Below, piece by piece: positions 9,735-19,695 of a stretch of DNA of 64,000 nt. The position numbers and the translations under genes were made by a program. The DNA lies in the NCBI GenBank assembly GCA_963667845.2, contig CAXXVL010000002.1, positions 2,944,001 through 3,008,000 of the forward strand. Direction: 5' to 3'. The stretch's first letter is position 1. The number at the start of each line of letters is the position of its first letter. Below the pieces are notes generated by a model, which had not been told where the DNA came from, made no database searches, and saw only the letters and a program-made list of their open reading frames with translations. Source of the stretch: Smithellaceae bacterium. Lineage in GTDB: Bacteria; Desulfobacterota; Syntrophia; Syntrophales; Smithellaceae.

Positions 9735-11822
9735 ATGAAGTTCGACGATCAGAAAATACGCAATATCGGGATCAGCGCGCATATCGATTCCGGCAAAACA
9801 ACGCTAAGCGAGCGCATTCTTTTTTACACGAAAAGAATTCACGCTATCCATGATGTGAAGGGTAAGGACGGCGTTGGCGCGACCATGGATTCCATGGAAC
9901 TGGAAAAAGAAAGAGGCATTACCATCGCTTCCGCGGCGACCTATTGCGAATGGAAAGGCTTTGAAATTAATATTATCGATACGCCCGGCCACGTCGATTT
10001 CACCATAGAAGTAGAAAGGTCGCTGCGCGTTCTGGACGGCGCGATCCTTGTTTTGTGTTCAGTGGGCGGCGTCCAGTCGCAGTCCATCACTGTTGATCAT
10101 CAGATGAAGCGCTACAAAGTTCCCTGCATCGCGTTTATCAACAAGTGCGACCGCAGCGGCGCAAATCCTTTCCGTGTGATTGAACAATTGCGTTCCAAGC
10201 TGGGTCATAACGCCATCGCCATGCAGATTCCCATCGGTCTCGAAACAGACCTGCAGGGTGTGGTCGATCTGGTGGCCATGAAAGCAATGTATTTTGACGG
10301 CGATAACGGTGAGGATATTCGCATCGAAGAAATTCCGCAAAATCTTCTCGCCGAAGCCAAAACCAAACGAGACGAACTCATCGAAGCCGCGTCTCTCTTT
10401 TCCGATGAACTGACGGAAACCATTTTAGAGGAAAAAGAAATTTCCGCCGAACTGCTTTACGCCGCCATTCGCACGGGAACGCTGAAGAGAGAACTCACGC
10501 CGGTTTACATGGGGTCGGCTTACAAAAATAAAGCGGTCCAGCCCCTGCTTGACGGCGTGACCTATCTGTTGCCCGCACCATCCGAGGTAGAAAACATTGC
10601 CCTCAATATGGATAATAATGAAGAACCGGTTGTTTTGACCAGCGATCCCGAAAAACCGATTATCGCACTGGCGTTCAAACTGGAAGACGGTCAGTACGGC
10701 CAGTTAACCTATATTCGTGTTTACGAAGGGACGGTGGAGAAAGGTTCCACGATCGTCAATGTACGAAACGGAAAAAAAGTTAAAGTCGGTCGTGTCGTGA
10801 GGATGCACGCCGATCAGATGGAGGAGGTCGATGAGTTGCGCGCCGGATACATTGGCGCTTTATTCGGCATTGAGTGTTCCTCGGGTGACACGTTTGTATC
10901 ACCGGGCATCAATATGACGATGACCTCGATGTATGTGCCCAAGCCGGTTATCTCGCTGGCCATCGTACCGAAAGACAACAAGTCGCAAATGGCCATGTCC
11001 AAGGCTCTTAACCGATTCTCGAAGGAAGACCCGACATTCAAAACGTACGTCGACCATGAAACCAACGAAACCATCATCGAAGGGATGGGCGAGCTGCATC
11101 TGGATATTTACGTGGAGAGAATGAAGCGTGAATACAATGCGGAAGTGACGACAGGTAATCCCCGTGTGGCTTACCGCGAAACCATCACCCAGCGGGCGGA
11201 TTTCAACTACACCCATAAGAAGCAAACCGGCGGTTCCGGACAGTTCGGACGCATTGCCGGCTGGATCGAACCGATCAGTGACGCGGATTTTGTTTTTGAA
11301 AACAAAATATTCGGCGGTTCGATTCCTACGCAGTATATTCCCGCCTGCGAAAAAGGTTTTAAACAGAGCATGGCCAAAGGACCCAAGTTGGAATTCCCGA
11401 TTACCGGCGTTAAGGTCGTCATCAATGATGGCGCCTCGCACGCGGTGGATTCTTCCGACATGGCTTTCCAGGCCGCTGCGCGCGGGGCTTTTAAGGAAGC
11501 TTACCTGCGCGCCAAGCCGGTGGTTCATGAGCCGATTATGAAAGTCGTTGTGGAATCACCAACTGAGTTTCAGGGGTCGGTGATGGGACTGCTCAACCAG
11601 CGCCGCGGAATGATCATCGGTTCGCAGGACGAAGGCGTCATGAGCGTCATCGAAGCTCAAGTGCCGTTGGGCGAAATGTTCGGTTTTTCAACTATCCTGC
11701 GTTCATCCACGCAGGGCAAGGCCCAGTTCACGATGGAGTTTGCGCTCTATCGTCAGGTGCCGCAGTCGATCGCGGAAAAGATAGCGCTCGAAGTTGCTCA
11801 GAACAAGAAGACGGCGGCCTAA
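9735..11822 (+). CDS. fusA: Elongation factor G
   Basis: [64 protein letters not shown]-terminus resembles the spirochete/planctomycete/delta EF-G1 group. Confidence 0.97.
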   Translation: MKFDDQKIRNIGISAHIDSGKTTLSERILFYTKRIHAIHDVKGKDGVGATMDSMELEKERGITIASAATYCEWKGFEINIIDTPGHVDFTIEVERSLRVLDGAILVLCSVGGVQSQSITVDHQMKRYKVPCIAFINKCDRSGANPFRVIEQLRSKLGHNAIAMQIPIGLETDLQGVVDLVAMKAMYFDGDNGEDIRIEEIPQNLLAEAKTKRDELIEAASLFSDELTETILEEKEISAELLYAAIRTGTLKRELTPVYMGSAYKNKAVQPLLDGVTYLLPAPSEVENIALNMDNNEEPVVLTSDPEKPIIALAFKLEDGQYGQLTYIRVYEGTVEKGSTIVNVRNGKKVKVGRVVRMHADQMEEVDELRAGYIGALFGIECSSGDTFVSPGINMTMTSMYVPKPVISLAIVPKDNKSQMAMSKALNRFSKEDPTFKTYVDHETNETIIEGMGELHLDIYVERMKREYNAEVTTGNPRVAYRETITQRADFNYTHKKQTGGSGQFGRIAGWIEPISDADFVFENKIFGGSIPTQYIPACEKGFKQSMAKGPKLEFPITGVKVVINDGASHAVDSSDMAFQAAARGAFKEAYLRAKPVVHEPIMKVVVESPTEFQGSVMGLLNQRRGMIIGSQDEGVMSVIEAQVPLGEMFGFSTILRSSTQGKAQFTMEFALYRQVPQSIAEKIALEVAQNKKTAA

Positions 11823-11823
11823 A

Positions 11824-11858
11824 AAGGTTCAAGGCACAAGGTTCAAGGTGCAAGGTAA
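11824..11858. repeat. Heptameric tandem repeat (AAGGNNN)x5
   Basis: AAGGTTC AAGGCAC AAGGTTC AAGGTGC AAGGTAA immediately after the fusA stop. Confidence 0.8.
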
Positions 11859-11935
11859 CAAAGAAGACAATGTCGGTTTATAGAGCTTTAAAACGGGAAG
11901 ACAATGTCATCCATTTAATCTATGAGGTTATGATC

Positions 11936-12628
11936 ATGATCAAAAATGAAATCAATCAGCGCAATCCGCTATTAAATCTGGGATACGATAACGAATATAT
12001 TCTGCCCAATGGTGGCTTCGGCGCTGTTTTAGCACACGCCGGCGTCGGCAAGACCGCACTGCTCGTTCAGATGGCCCTGCACGCCATGATCAATGAGCAG
12101 CCTGTGTTGCATGTCAGTTTGAATGACGCGGTCAGCAAGGTGGATCTCTGGTACCGTGAATTATTCAATGACATGGTGTCGAAGTACGATTCAGCAGAAG
12201 TTACGGAATACTGGGAGAATCTTCTCAATTACCGTTTCATCATGACATTTCGCGTGGAAGGGTTCAGTGTTCCGAAACTGGAAGAACGCGTGACCGACCT
12301 GATGCAGCAAAATATTTTCAAGCCGTCCGTTATCATTCTTGATGGATTGAAATTTGACGAATCCGGCCGCGGCCTTCTGGTGGAATTGAAAGAATTGGCG
12401 AAGAAATATTCGATGCGCATCTGGTTTACCGTCCATACGCACCGCCATGAGCCGCCCAAAGAAGATGGTCTGCCGCTTTCATTTCTGCATGTTGCGGATC
12501 TATTTGATGTGCTGGTGCAGGTTGCCGCAAAAGGGCCGGAAGTTTACATTAAAGCCCTCAAGGGCCAGTCTCCGGGCGCAAAACAGGACGCGCTTATACT
12601 GGATCCGGCGACGATGCTGATCAAATAG
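11936..12628 (+). CDS. RecA/KaiC-like P-loop protein
   Basis: AHAGVGKT Walker A-like, VLHVSL, IILDG Walker B-like. Start chosen after GAGGT (alternatives 11930, 11870). Confidence 0.7.
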   Translation: MIKNEINQRNPLLNLGYDNEYILPNGGFGAVLAHAGVGKTALLVQMALHAMINEQPVLHVSLNDAVSKVDLWYRELFNDMVSKYDSAEVTEYWENLLNYRFIMTFRVEGFSVPKLEERVTDLMQQNIFKPSVIILDGLKFDESGRGLLVELKELAKKYSMRIWFTVHTHRHEPPKEDGLPLSFLHVADLFDVLVQVAAKGPEVYIKALKGQSPGAKQDALILDPATMLIK

Positions 12629-12632
12629 CGCA

Positions 12633-13346
12633 TTATTCCCATTCACCGATAATACGTGTCACAGCCGGTCGAGCGTTATGAATGGATATCTCAGTAAGGC
12701 ACGCAAGTGCCACGCCGTCCATCCATTCCGGATTGCATTGCTCGAAAAAAGCGATTCTCGTATCCCGGAGTTCCTTCTCGCCGATGTCACTGACCCCGGG
12801 ACGCAATTTCCCCGAGTTCATCAGCCGGATGACTCTTTTGTGCGGGTCATATTCTTTCCCGTACCGTTTTGCCGCCAGATGATCCAGGAGCCTGCGTTCA
12901 AACTCGGGTATTCCGTAATCAGGATTCGGATAGTATGTTTTCGCATAGACCGGCAAATAGCGGTAGGAACGGTAACTGTTTACGATTAAAAACCAATAAT
13001 ATCTGAATAGGGGATTGCGAAGCGCATGCGCGAACGCAAACCGTATCCACGTTTTTTCCAGCACCAAACTGGCTCGATAAGAGAGATCGATAATGGTATC
13101 ACCAGAGAAAAAAGCTCTAAGGGGTACGCCATCAAGAACATCGTCGATGAGACGTAGCGTCGAAAAACCGACAATCTGACCTTTGGCTGGCTCAGTGAGT
13201 AGGATGACCCAGTCTTTTTCATTGAGATCTTTATTAAAGCTGGACCATCGGACACCATCAAAATAATGGTTCAATATCTCAAACATGCTGTAGCGCTGAA
13301 TGTTATTGAGTTGACTTGCTTCGACGACGCTTCCTGCCAGAGACAT
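12633..13346 (-). CDS. Hypothetical GNAT-like protein (family usually found beside GH3-family genes)
   Basis: DL.EKDWVILL, GFST, FSGDTII, YWFL...YRSYRYLP, FF...NP. Confidence 0.7.
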   Translation of the reverse strand: MSLAGSVVEASQLNNIQRYSMFEILNHYFDGVRWSSFNKDLNEKDWVILLTEPAKGQIVGFSTLRLIDDVLDGVPLRAFFSGDTIIDLSYRASLVLEKTWIRFAFAHALRNPLFRYYWFLIVNSYRSYRYLPVYAKTYYPNPDYGIPEFERRLLDHLAAKRYGKEYDPHKRVIRLMNSGKLRPGVSDIGEKELRDTRIAFFEQCNPEWMDGVALACLTEISIHNARPAVTRIIGEWE

Positions 13347-13382
13347 GATTATCTTCCTTTAAATGATGTACTACTTCCCCAA

Positions 13383-14525
13383 TTACAGACCGCCCAGTTC
13401 CACGTACGAGGTTCTTCCGTCGAGGGTGGCAGTAAAGTCAAAATTATCCAATGACAGCGCATAGATTCCCGATCGAGAGGGGATATGAATATATTTTTTC
13501 AATACACGAAATAAGGGATCTCTCTCCATGAGGCCTACCAGCAGAAAAGAATTGCCTTTGTCATGCTGATGGTGAAGAATTGTATTTAACAGCAGAGTAA
13601 ATATCTGCTCGCTGTTGTTCTCAATCGCAATGCAGGCGGCATAAAGATTGCGCAGCGGTTCGCCCGGATTGGGCATCGGTGCCAGATGTAAGGCATGCGC
13701 CAATGGAGAAATGAAAGGCTTCAACCAGCGCATATATCCTGAATACTCGGCAATCAGAATCCGGCGAAACGGAAGTTGATCCCAGCAGGCGACTATGCCC
13801 AGAATCCGATCTCCGGTCCTTGCGACGTAGAAATCATCGAGCCGAAGGCCCCGCAGAATTCCGTTATCGGCCAGGATATCGTCCGCCGCATAAACGGGGA
13901 AAAACTGTTTTTCACTGCCTACACGGTTCAGGAATTCAGAAATTTTAGCGGCTCCAACAGCGCTGCCGCGTTCAATTTGAATTCGTGCAGGCAGACGTGG
14001 GGCGGGGCGAGGGAGCAGGGGAATGGCGGCGGTATGCAGTGTGCCGATGCGCGTGCTCGCCGGCAATCCGACCCGACCGCTCGATAGCACATTTTGGGCG
14101 GCAGTGTTGTCAGTCAGTATGGCGAACAGATAGAACGGAGGGCCGCCACCTTCGTCGTGCCACTGTTCGAGGATCTCACGACCCTGGGCCATGATGGTTG
14201 TGCCGCGGATGGATCGATCGAGGCGAAGGGAGCCTAAGTAACCCACCTCCGCAGGAGTACCGTTCAGGAACACCCTGCGCTTGGCGAGTAAAACGACGCC
14301 GACGATTTGCTGATTTGATTCGGCGATGATCACGCGCTTAGCGCATCCTTCGACTTCAATAGCGCGAAAGAAACTCGGTTTATAATCGGCTGCAAGTGAG
14401 ATGGTGCCGCGCATCGCAGTGCGGCGCATTAGCGCGCATAACTGAGCATCGTCCTGGGGACGTGCTTCCCGGAGATAAACGGAAGTTGAACATATCGGTG
14501 GGTCGATTCCCTGTGCGTCTGTCAT
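13383..14525 (-). CDS. Tandem GNAT-fold N-acyltransferase
   Basis: R.A...D...L..L, GYLGSLR acyl-CoA motif, second repeat G..A.WDQ...R. ATG 14525 preferred over TTG 14624. Confidence 0.75.
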   Translation of the reverse strand: MTDAQGIDPPICSTSVYLREARPQDDAQLCALMRRTAMRGTISLAADYKPSFFRAIEVEGCAKRVIIAESNQQIVGVVLLAKRRVFLNGTPAEVGYLGSLRLDRSIRGTTIMAQGREILEQWHDEGGGPPFYLFAILTDNTAAQNVLSSGRVGLPASTRIGTLHTAAIPLLPRPAPRLPARIQIERGSAVGAAKISEFLNRVGSEKQFFPVYAADDILADNGILRGLRLDDFYVARTGDRILGIVACWDQLPFRRILIAEYSGYMRWLKPFISPLAHALHLAPMPNPGEPLRNLYAACIAIENNSEQIFTLLLNTILHHQHDKGNSFLLVGLMERDPLFRVLKKYIHIPSRSGIYALSLDNFDFTATLDGRTSYVELGGL

Positions 14526-14750
14526 AAATTTTGAACTGTTCTTTCTTGCACGGATATAAGGAAAATATCTTTTGCTGTCAATCACTATCCGCTTTTTTAA
14601 ACGTTTGATTCGTTTATTCTCCAAACGCTATCGGGTTTTTCGGCCAGACTGAAAGACAATTGCAAAAAGATGGTCGTTGCGGTAGATATTCAGACTGAAA
14701 ATCCGGGCCTAAGATTTATTTCCATCAATATTTAAGTCGCCGGGAGGCAT

Positions 14751-15710
14751 ATGAAAACAACAGCTTTGTATTTGTTACTGGGAATTGTTATCGTCATGGC
14801 AGCGGCATTTATAGCTGCAATTACAATGGCTTCTCCCAAAGCACCGCCGATGATGGAATCAATTGCAGCTCCCTTTCGGACGATGAATTTTGCATCTTTA
14901 CCGCCTGCTCGTCACTATCAGGCTCGCGATGGTGCGCAGCTGGCGTATCGGGCATATCCGGCGGATCATTCCAGGCAGACGGTTGTCCTGGTTCATGGTT
15001 CCTCGGCCTCCGGCAGCTCCCTGCATGCTCTTGCCGAGTATCTTCAGAAGAACGGCATCGATGTATATGCATTGGATATGCGCGGTCACGGAGAATCGGG
15101 GCGTAAAGGGGATATTGACTATGTCGGACAGCTGGAAGATGACCTCGCAGATTTCATGAAGCAGATGTTTCAGAACCGGAGGGAGGTTATCCTTGCTGGC
15201 TTTTCTTCCGGCGGCGGTTTCGCTTTGAGGTTTGCAGCCAGTCCCCGGCAGGGGCTTTTCAGCCGCTATATTGTGCTCGCACCCTTCATTAGATACGATG
15301 CACCCACAACCCGGCCGAACAACGGCGAATGGGCGAGAGTCAGTGTTCCTCGAATCATAGCTCTCACGCTTCTCGGGCCTGTCGGCAGGAAATGGCTGGG
15401 GCATTTGCCGGTCATCGCTTTTGGGATCGATCCTCAAAATGCCCGATACCAAACATCCACCTATTCTTACCGGCTTTCGAGCAATTTTGGACTGCATCAT
15501 GACTACGTCTCCGACTTGAAGGCTATTAAGCGGCCCTTGGCCGTCATTGTGGGAGAAAAAGATGAGCTGGTTTATCCGCAGAAATACCTATCCGTGTTTG
15601 CCGAGCCGCAGCCCCACGCGGAGATTCGCATCGTTCCCGGAGTCGGTCATATCACCCTGACCACCGATCCTGCCGGACTGGAAGCGATTGCAGAAGTCAT
15701 TTCGAATTGA
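14751..15710 (+). CDS. Alpha/beta hydrolase with N-terminal anchor
   Basis: HGS oxyanion motif, DMRGHG.S, GFSSGG nucleophile, G..DE, GH. GGAGG SD. Confidence 0.9.
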   Translation: MKTTALYLLLGIVIVMAAAFIAAITMASPKAPPMMESIAAPFRTMNFASLPPARHYQARDGAQLAYRAYPADHSRQTVVLVHGSSASGSSLHALAEYLQKNGIDVYALDMRGHGESGRKGDIDYVGQLEDDLADFMKQMFQNRREVILAGFSSGGGFALRFAASPRQGLFSRYIVLAPFIRYDAPTTRPNNGEWARVSVPRIIALTLLGPVGRKWLGHLPVIAFGIDPQNARYQTSTYSYRLSSNFGLHHDYVSDLKAIKRPLAVIVGEKDELVYPQKYLSVFAEPQPHAEIRIVPGVGHITLTTDPAGLEAIAEVISN

Positions 15711-15857
15711 CGATCTTATCAGACGGCCTTGACACGCAAAGCCTGATGACTTCTATAGGATGAGTTCATCCGAAGTCCGGATGGACGTCCGAGCGCCGTT
15801 ATACGGTCACTTTGCCGGAATATCCCTGAATCTTGAGCTGATATTAAGGATAAGAAG

Positions 15858-17927
15858 ATGCCTTACAATCGACTGCAAAATGAAAAGAGCCCTTATCTCC
15901 TGCAACATGCGCAAAACCCGGTGGACTGGTATCCCTGGGGAGAAGACGCATTTGCCAAAGCCCGGCAGGAAGACAAACCCATTTTCCTGTCCATCGGATA
16001 TTCGACCTGCCACTGGTGCCACGTGATGGAGCATGAATCATTCGAAGATAACGCGGTCGCCTGTCTCCTGAACGAAACATTTGTCAATATCAAGGTCGAC
16101 CGCGAAGAACGTCCCGACATTGATGCGGTTTATATGAAAGTCTGCCAGCTCATGACGCAGAGCGGAGGATGGCCGCTGACAATTATGATGACGCCGGATA
16201 AAAAGCCTTTTTTTGCCGCGACCTACATTCCCCGTGAAACGCGATATGGCCGGGTCGGCCTCCTGGAGATGATTCCGGAAGTTAAATCGCTCTGGCAGTC
16301 GAAACGCGCCGATGTTCTTTCCACGGCCGCGGAAATTACCGGGATTCTGCAAAGGCCCTCCGCAGGAGGCGACAAGGATGTGGGTGAAGAAATACTTCAT
16401 CGGGCGTATCGGTCGTTATCCGCGAGCTTTGATCAGGCGTACGGTGGATTCGGTCATGCGCCGAAGTTTCCTTCACCGCACAATCTCTCATTTCTGCTTC
16501 GCTACTGGAAACGGACCGGTGAGGCGCGGGCACTGTACATGGCGGAAAATACGGTGCGAAACATGCTGCGGGGTGGAATCTGGGATCACATCGGCTGCGG
16601 ATTTCATCGCTATTCCACGGATGAACGCTGGGTCGTTCCACATTTTGAAAAGATGCTTTACGATCAGGCGATGATGGCATTGGCCTTAATTGAGCTATTC
16701 CAGGCCACAGGGAAAGAAGAATACAAAACATCGGCTTGCGAGATATTTGACTATGTTCTGCGCGATATGACGGATGAACAGGGTGGTTTCTATTGTGCGG
16801 AAGATGCGGACAGCGAAGGTGTGGAAGGGAAATTTTATTTATGGACGGAAGAGGAAATCCGCAGCGTTCTGAAAAAAGATGAAGCGGACCTATTCCTGTC
16901 TCTTTACAGGCACGAGGGCGACCTGACCCTTCAGGGGATGCAGGAAATTCCCTCGGGCAATTTCATTGCGCACCTTCGGCCTTTGCCCCAGAGCGGCGGC
17001 GGAGATGCTGCAATAGAACAGTCCGGCATGCCGGAAAATGTCCGCAAAAAACTTTTCACTGTTCGGGAAAAAAGGATTCGCCCGCATCGGGACGACAAGA
17101 TACTGACCGACTGGAACGGTCTCATGATTGCGGCGTTGGCACGGGGCGCTCAGGTCTTTGAGGAACCGGTCTACCTTAAGGCCGCCGTCCGTGCGGCAGA
17201 TTTTATCTTTCGATTTCTACGGTCTGAAAATGGCCGGTTGCTCCACCGGTTTCGCGATGGTGAAGGCCGGACGCCCGCGAATGTCGATGATTACTCGTTT
17301 ATGATTTGCGCTCTTTTGGAACTCTACGAGACCACGTTTGAAATGGAGTATCTGTTCAGGGCACTGGAGTTTCAGTCTCATCTCTTTGCTTATTTTCGGG
17401 ATGACTGGAATGGCGGATATTTCCTTACGGCAAGCGATGCGGAAGCCCTTTTGACGCGGCCGAAAGAACTCTATGACGGTGCCATCCCGTCGGGCAATTC
17501 CATGGCATTTATGAATACCCTGCGATTGTCCCGCATTACCGGAGATGCCGAGCTGGATGAAAGAGCGCACGAAATATACCGGGCGTTTCGCTCCCAGGCG
17601 GATGCGGCGCCGACGAACTTCACGCAATTCCTCGCCGGTCTTGACTTTGCCATTGGCCCGGCAAGCGAAGTGATTATTGCCGGAGATAAAAGCAGTCCCG
17701 ATACAAAAAAGATGCTGCGCGCTTTAAGAAAAAGTTTTGTGCCGAATAAGATTGTCATCTTCCGGCCGGAGGGGCAGGCAGTGCCCCAGATAGAAACAAT
17801 CGCGCCTTACGTTCAATCACATGCAGCGGTGAACGGACGAACGACCGCCTTCGTTTGCTCCAACTTTACCTGCTCGGCGCCGACCAATGATCCCGGAAAG
17901 ATGATGGAATTGCTGAATGGAAAGTAG
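15858..17927 (+). CDS. YyaL/SSP411 (DUF255) thioredoxin-domain protein
   Basis: [48 protein letters not shown]. Confidence 0.95.
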   Translation: MPYNRLQNEKSPYLLQHAQNPVDWYPWGEDAFAKARQEDKPIFLSIGYSTCHWCHVMEHESFEDNAVACLLNETFVNIKVDREERPDIDAVYMKVCQLMTQSGGWPLTIMMTPDKKPFFAATYIPRETRYGRVGLLEMIPEVKSLWQSKRADVLSTAAEITGILQRPSAGGDKDVGEEILHRAYRSLSASFDQAYGGFGHAPKFPSPHNLSFLLRYWKRTGEARALYMAENTVRNMLRGGIWDHIGCGFHRYSTDERWVVPHFEKMLYDQAMMALALIELFQATGKEEYKTSACEIFDYVLRDMTDEQGGFYCAEDADSEGVEGKFYLWTEEEIRSVLKKDEADLFLSLYRHEGDLTLQGMQEIPSGNFIAHLRPLPQSGGGDAAIEQSGMPENVRKKLFTVREKRIRPHRDDKILTDWNGLMIAALARGAQVFEEPVYLKAAVRAADFIFRFLRSENGRLLHRFRDGEGRTPANVDDYSFMICALLELYETTFEMEYLFRALEFQSHLFAYFRDDWNGGYFLTASDAEALLTRPKELYDGAIPSGNSMAFMNTLRLSRITGDAELDERAHEIYRAFRSQADAAPTNFTQFLAGLDFAIGPASEVIIAGDKSSPDTKKMLRALRKSFVPNKIVIFRPEGQAVPQIETIAPYVQSHAAVNGRTTAFVCSNFTCSAPTNDPGKMMELLNGK

Positions 17928-17980
17928 CGGGCGGTCCCGCGCCGGCTGAGAGGGTTGAACCTGTGTTTTGGATGATCATG

Positions 17981-18343
17981 CTATTTTCCCAGACAGGCGG
18001 ATTTTCCCTTTCCTTTCCCTTCGGTGGATTCTTTTTTCAGAATGCCGTTTTCAAATGTCAGGGCGTAGATGTAGTCGCTGTCGCCGCAGTTGTAGTACCA
18101 GATTTCTACCTGATTGGCACATTTTTTTGATTTCTTAACTTTACCATGTTTGTCGACGCTGGTTGCCGAACGGCGTCCTTCGCATGTCGTTTCTTTGGAC
18201 GTCGGCTTGCCGCACGTTGTGGATACCTGTATTCTTGTATCACCGCTCGTGACCAGATCGGAACCGCAGCGAAAGGCAAAGCCGTCAACGACTGCGAAAC
18301 ATAAAAGAAATAGACAAAGGATGCCGCTTTTAAGGAACAACAT
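17981..18343 (-). CDS. Secreted DUF2845-like Cys-rich protein
   Basis: Signal peptide AFA, FRCGSDLV..GD....V...CG.P, E.WYYN.G, L.FE.G.L. GGAGGTG SD. Confidence 0.8.
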   Translation of the reverse strand: MLFLKSGILCLFLLCFAVVDGFAFRCGSDLVTSGDTRIQVSTTCGKPTSKETTCEGRRSATSVDKHGKVKKSKKCANQVEIWYYNCGDSDYIYALTFENGILKKESTEGKGKGKSACLGK

Positions 18344-18370
18344 AGGTTCACCTCCGTGTGAATTGATTTA

Positions 18371-18691
18371 CTATTTTCCCAGACAGTCGGATTGGCCTTT
18401 TCCGCTGCCCTCAGTTGTTTCTTTAATTAATTTGCCGTCTTCAAAAGTCAGCGCATAGATATAGTCATTGCTGCCGCAATTATAGTACCAGATCTCGATA
18501 ATGTTGGGGCATGAATAAGTCCGTTTCGGGCAGATCGCCTCTTTGGAGGTAGGCTGACCGCAGGTTCCCAGGACTTTTACCTTTGCGTCGCCGCTCGTGA
18601 CCAGTCCGGAGCCGCAGCGAAAGGCAAACGCGTTTTGGGTGGAGAAGAGCAAAAAGGTAAAAATGATCAGAGTGGTTGCAAAGATTTTCAT
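18371..18691 (-). CDS. Secreted DUF2845-like Cys-rich protein (paralogue of 17981-18343)
   Basis: Same motifs; both copies end CLGK. Confidence 0.8.
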   Translation of the reverse strand: MKIFATTLIIFTFLLFSTQNAFAFRCGSGLVTSGDAKVKVLGTCGQPTSKEAICPKRTYSCPNIIEIWYYNCGSNDYIYALTFEDGKLIKETTEGSGKGQSDCLGK

Positions 18692-19638
18692 TTTGTCACC
18701 TTGCTCCTGGCGTCATTAACAAGAACCATATACTCATACTTGTAAAGGTCGTAAACGAAATGCTGGATGATTTCCTGCTCGTCGCTAAGCGGTGTGGGCG
18801 ACCGCAGAGCGGCTTTCACTTTGTCATTGAAGTCGATGGGCAGGATATACCTGTACTGACCCCGAAAAACTTTATAATGGAAGGCGCGGGCGATCGTCTC
18901 CAAATGGGAAAATTTTACCGTATATTCAGAGTGACCCTGAAGGTCGATTCTTTCGGGAGATCCCGACGCTTTAAGTTTCAAGTGGGGGAGAGAGGGGTGG
19001 TCCACCGACGTTTCGCAGCTGTGCTCGCTTAAATAAATATAGGGGATAGCCGCACCGCACAGTCTTTCGACAACTTCCATGGCTCCGATATTGATATTTT
19101 CCGTGGGAGTAAATTCGAGAGAATATTCTTCCTCGTAATCAAATATTTTATTCAGAGAGCGCGTTGTGCCCTCATTGTCTTCCTTGGAGCCGTTCTGATT
19201 ATAGACCAGCGTAGGAAAATCACCCAGATTTTCATTGAAGATCGCCAGATCAAAGGAGTGAATTTGAGCGGCAGTCACCTTCAGAAAGTCCATTTCCACA
19301 AAACGCGCGGGAAGCCCGGCAAGCGCTTCTTTTTGCTTTTGCAGGAGAAAAGGTGAAATATCGAGCATTGTCGCCTGAAGATGAGGAGCGAGTCTGAGGA
19401 AGTCTTTCATGAGATAACCCAGTCCGCCGCCGACTTCCAGGACGTTCGTTAAAGCCGGGAACGGGATAATCCGCTGCAGGAAGTCAAAAAGGTGTTCACC
19501 GAAGGATGCGTTGGATTTGAGAACGCCGCGGCAGAGACTGTTCTCCGGATAGAGTGCGTTGCAGACCGTCAGCTCCCAGCCCAGGGATTTCAGTCTGTGT
19601 CGATGATATTCGTGTGTTGTATTTAAAGTATAGCCCAT
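18688..19638 (-). CDS. Class I SAM-dependent methyltransferase (MidA/DUF185-like)
   Basis: VLEVGGGLG motif I, LDIS, NENLGDFP. Confidence 0.75.
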   Translation of the reverse strand: MGYTLNTTHEYHRHRLKSLGWELTVCNALYPENSLCRGVLKSNASFGEHLFDFLQRIIPFPALTNVLEVGGGLGYLMKDFLRLAPHLQATMLDISPFLLQKQKEALAGLPARFVEMDFLKVTAAQIHSFDLAIFNENLGDFPTLVYNQNGSKEDNEGTTRSLNKIFDYEEEYSLEFTPTENINIGAMEVVERLCGAAIPYIYLSEHSCETSVDHPSLPHLKLKASGSPERIDLQGHSEYTVKFSHLETIARAFHYKVFRGQYRYILPIDFNDKVKAALRSPTPLSDEQEIIQHFVYDLYKYEYMVLVNDARSKVTK

Positions 19639-19695
19639 AAGATTAAAATATTTTATCCGTCAAATCGAAAATTATGATATTTGATCTCTTAATTC

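Noticed and set aside
15728..15790. c-di-GMP-I riboswitch or hammerhead fragments (ACGCAAAGCC, CTGATGA)
   Set aside because: Required flanking stems and conserved partner motifs are absent; more likely a promoter region (TTGACA at 15729)
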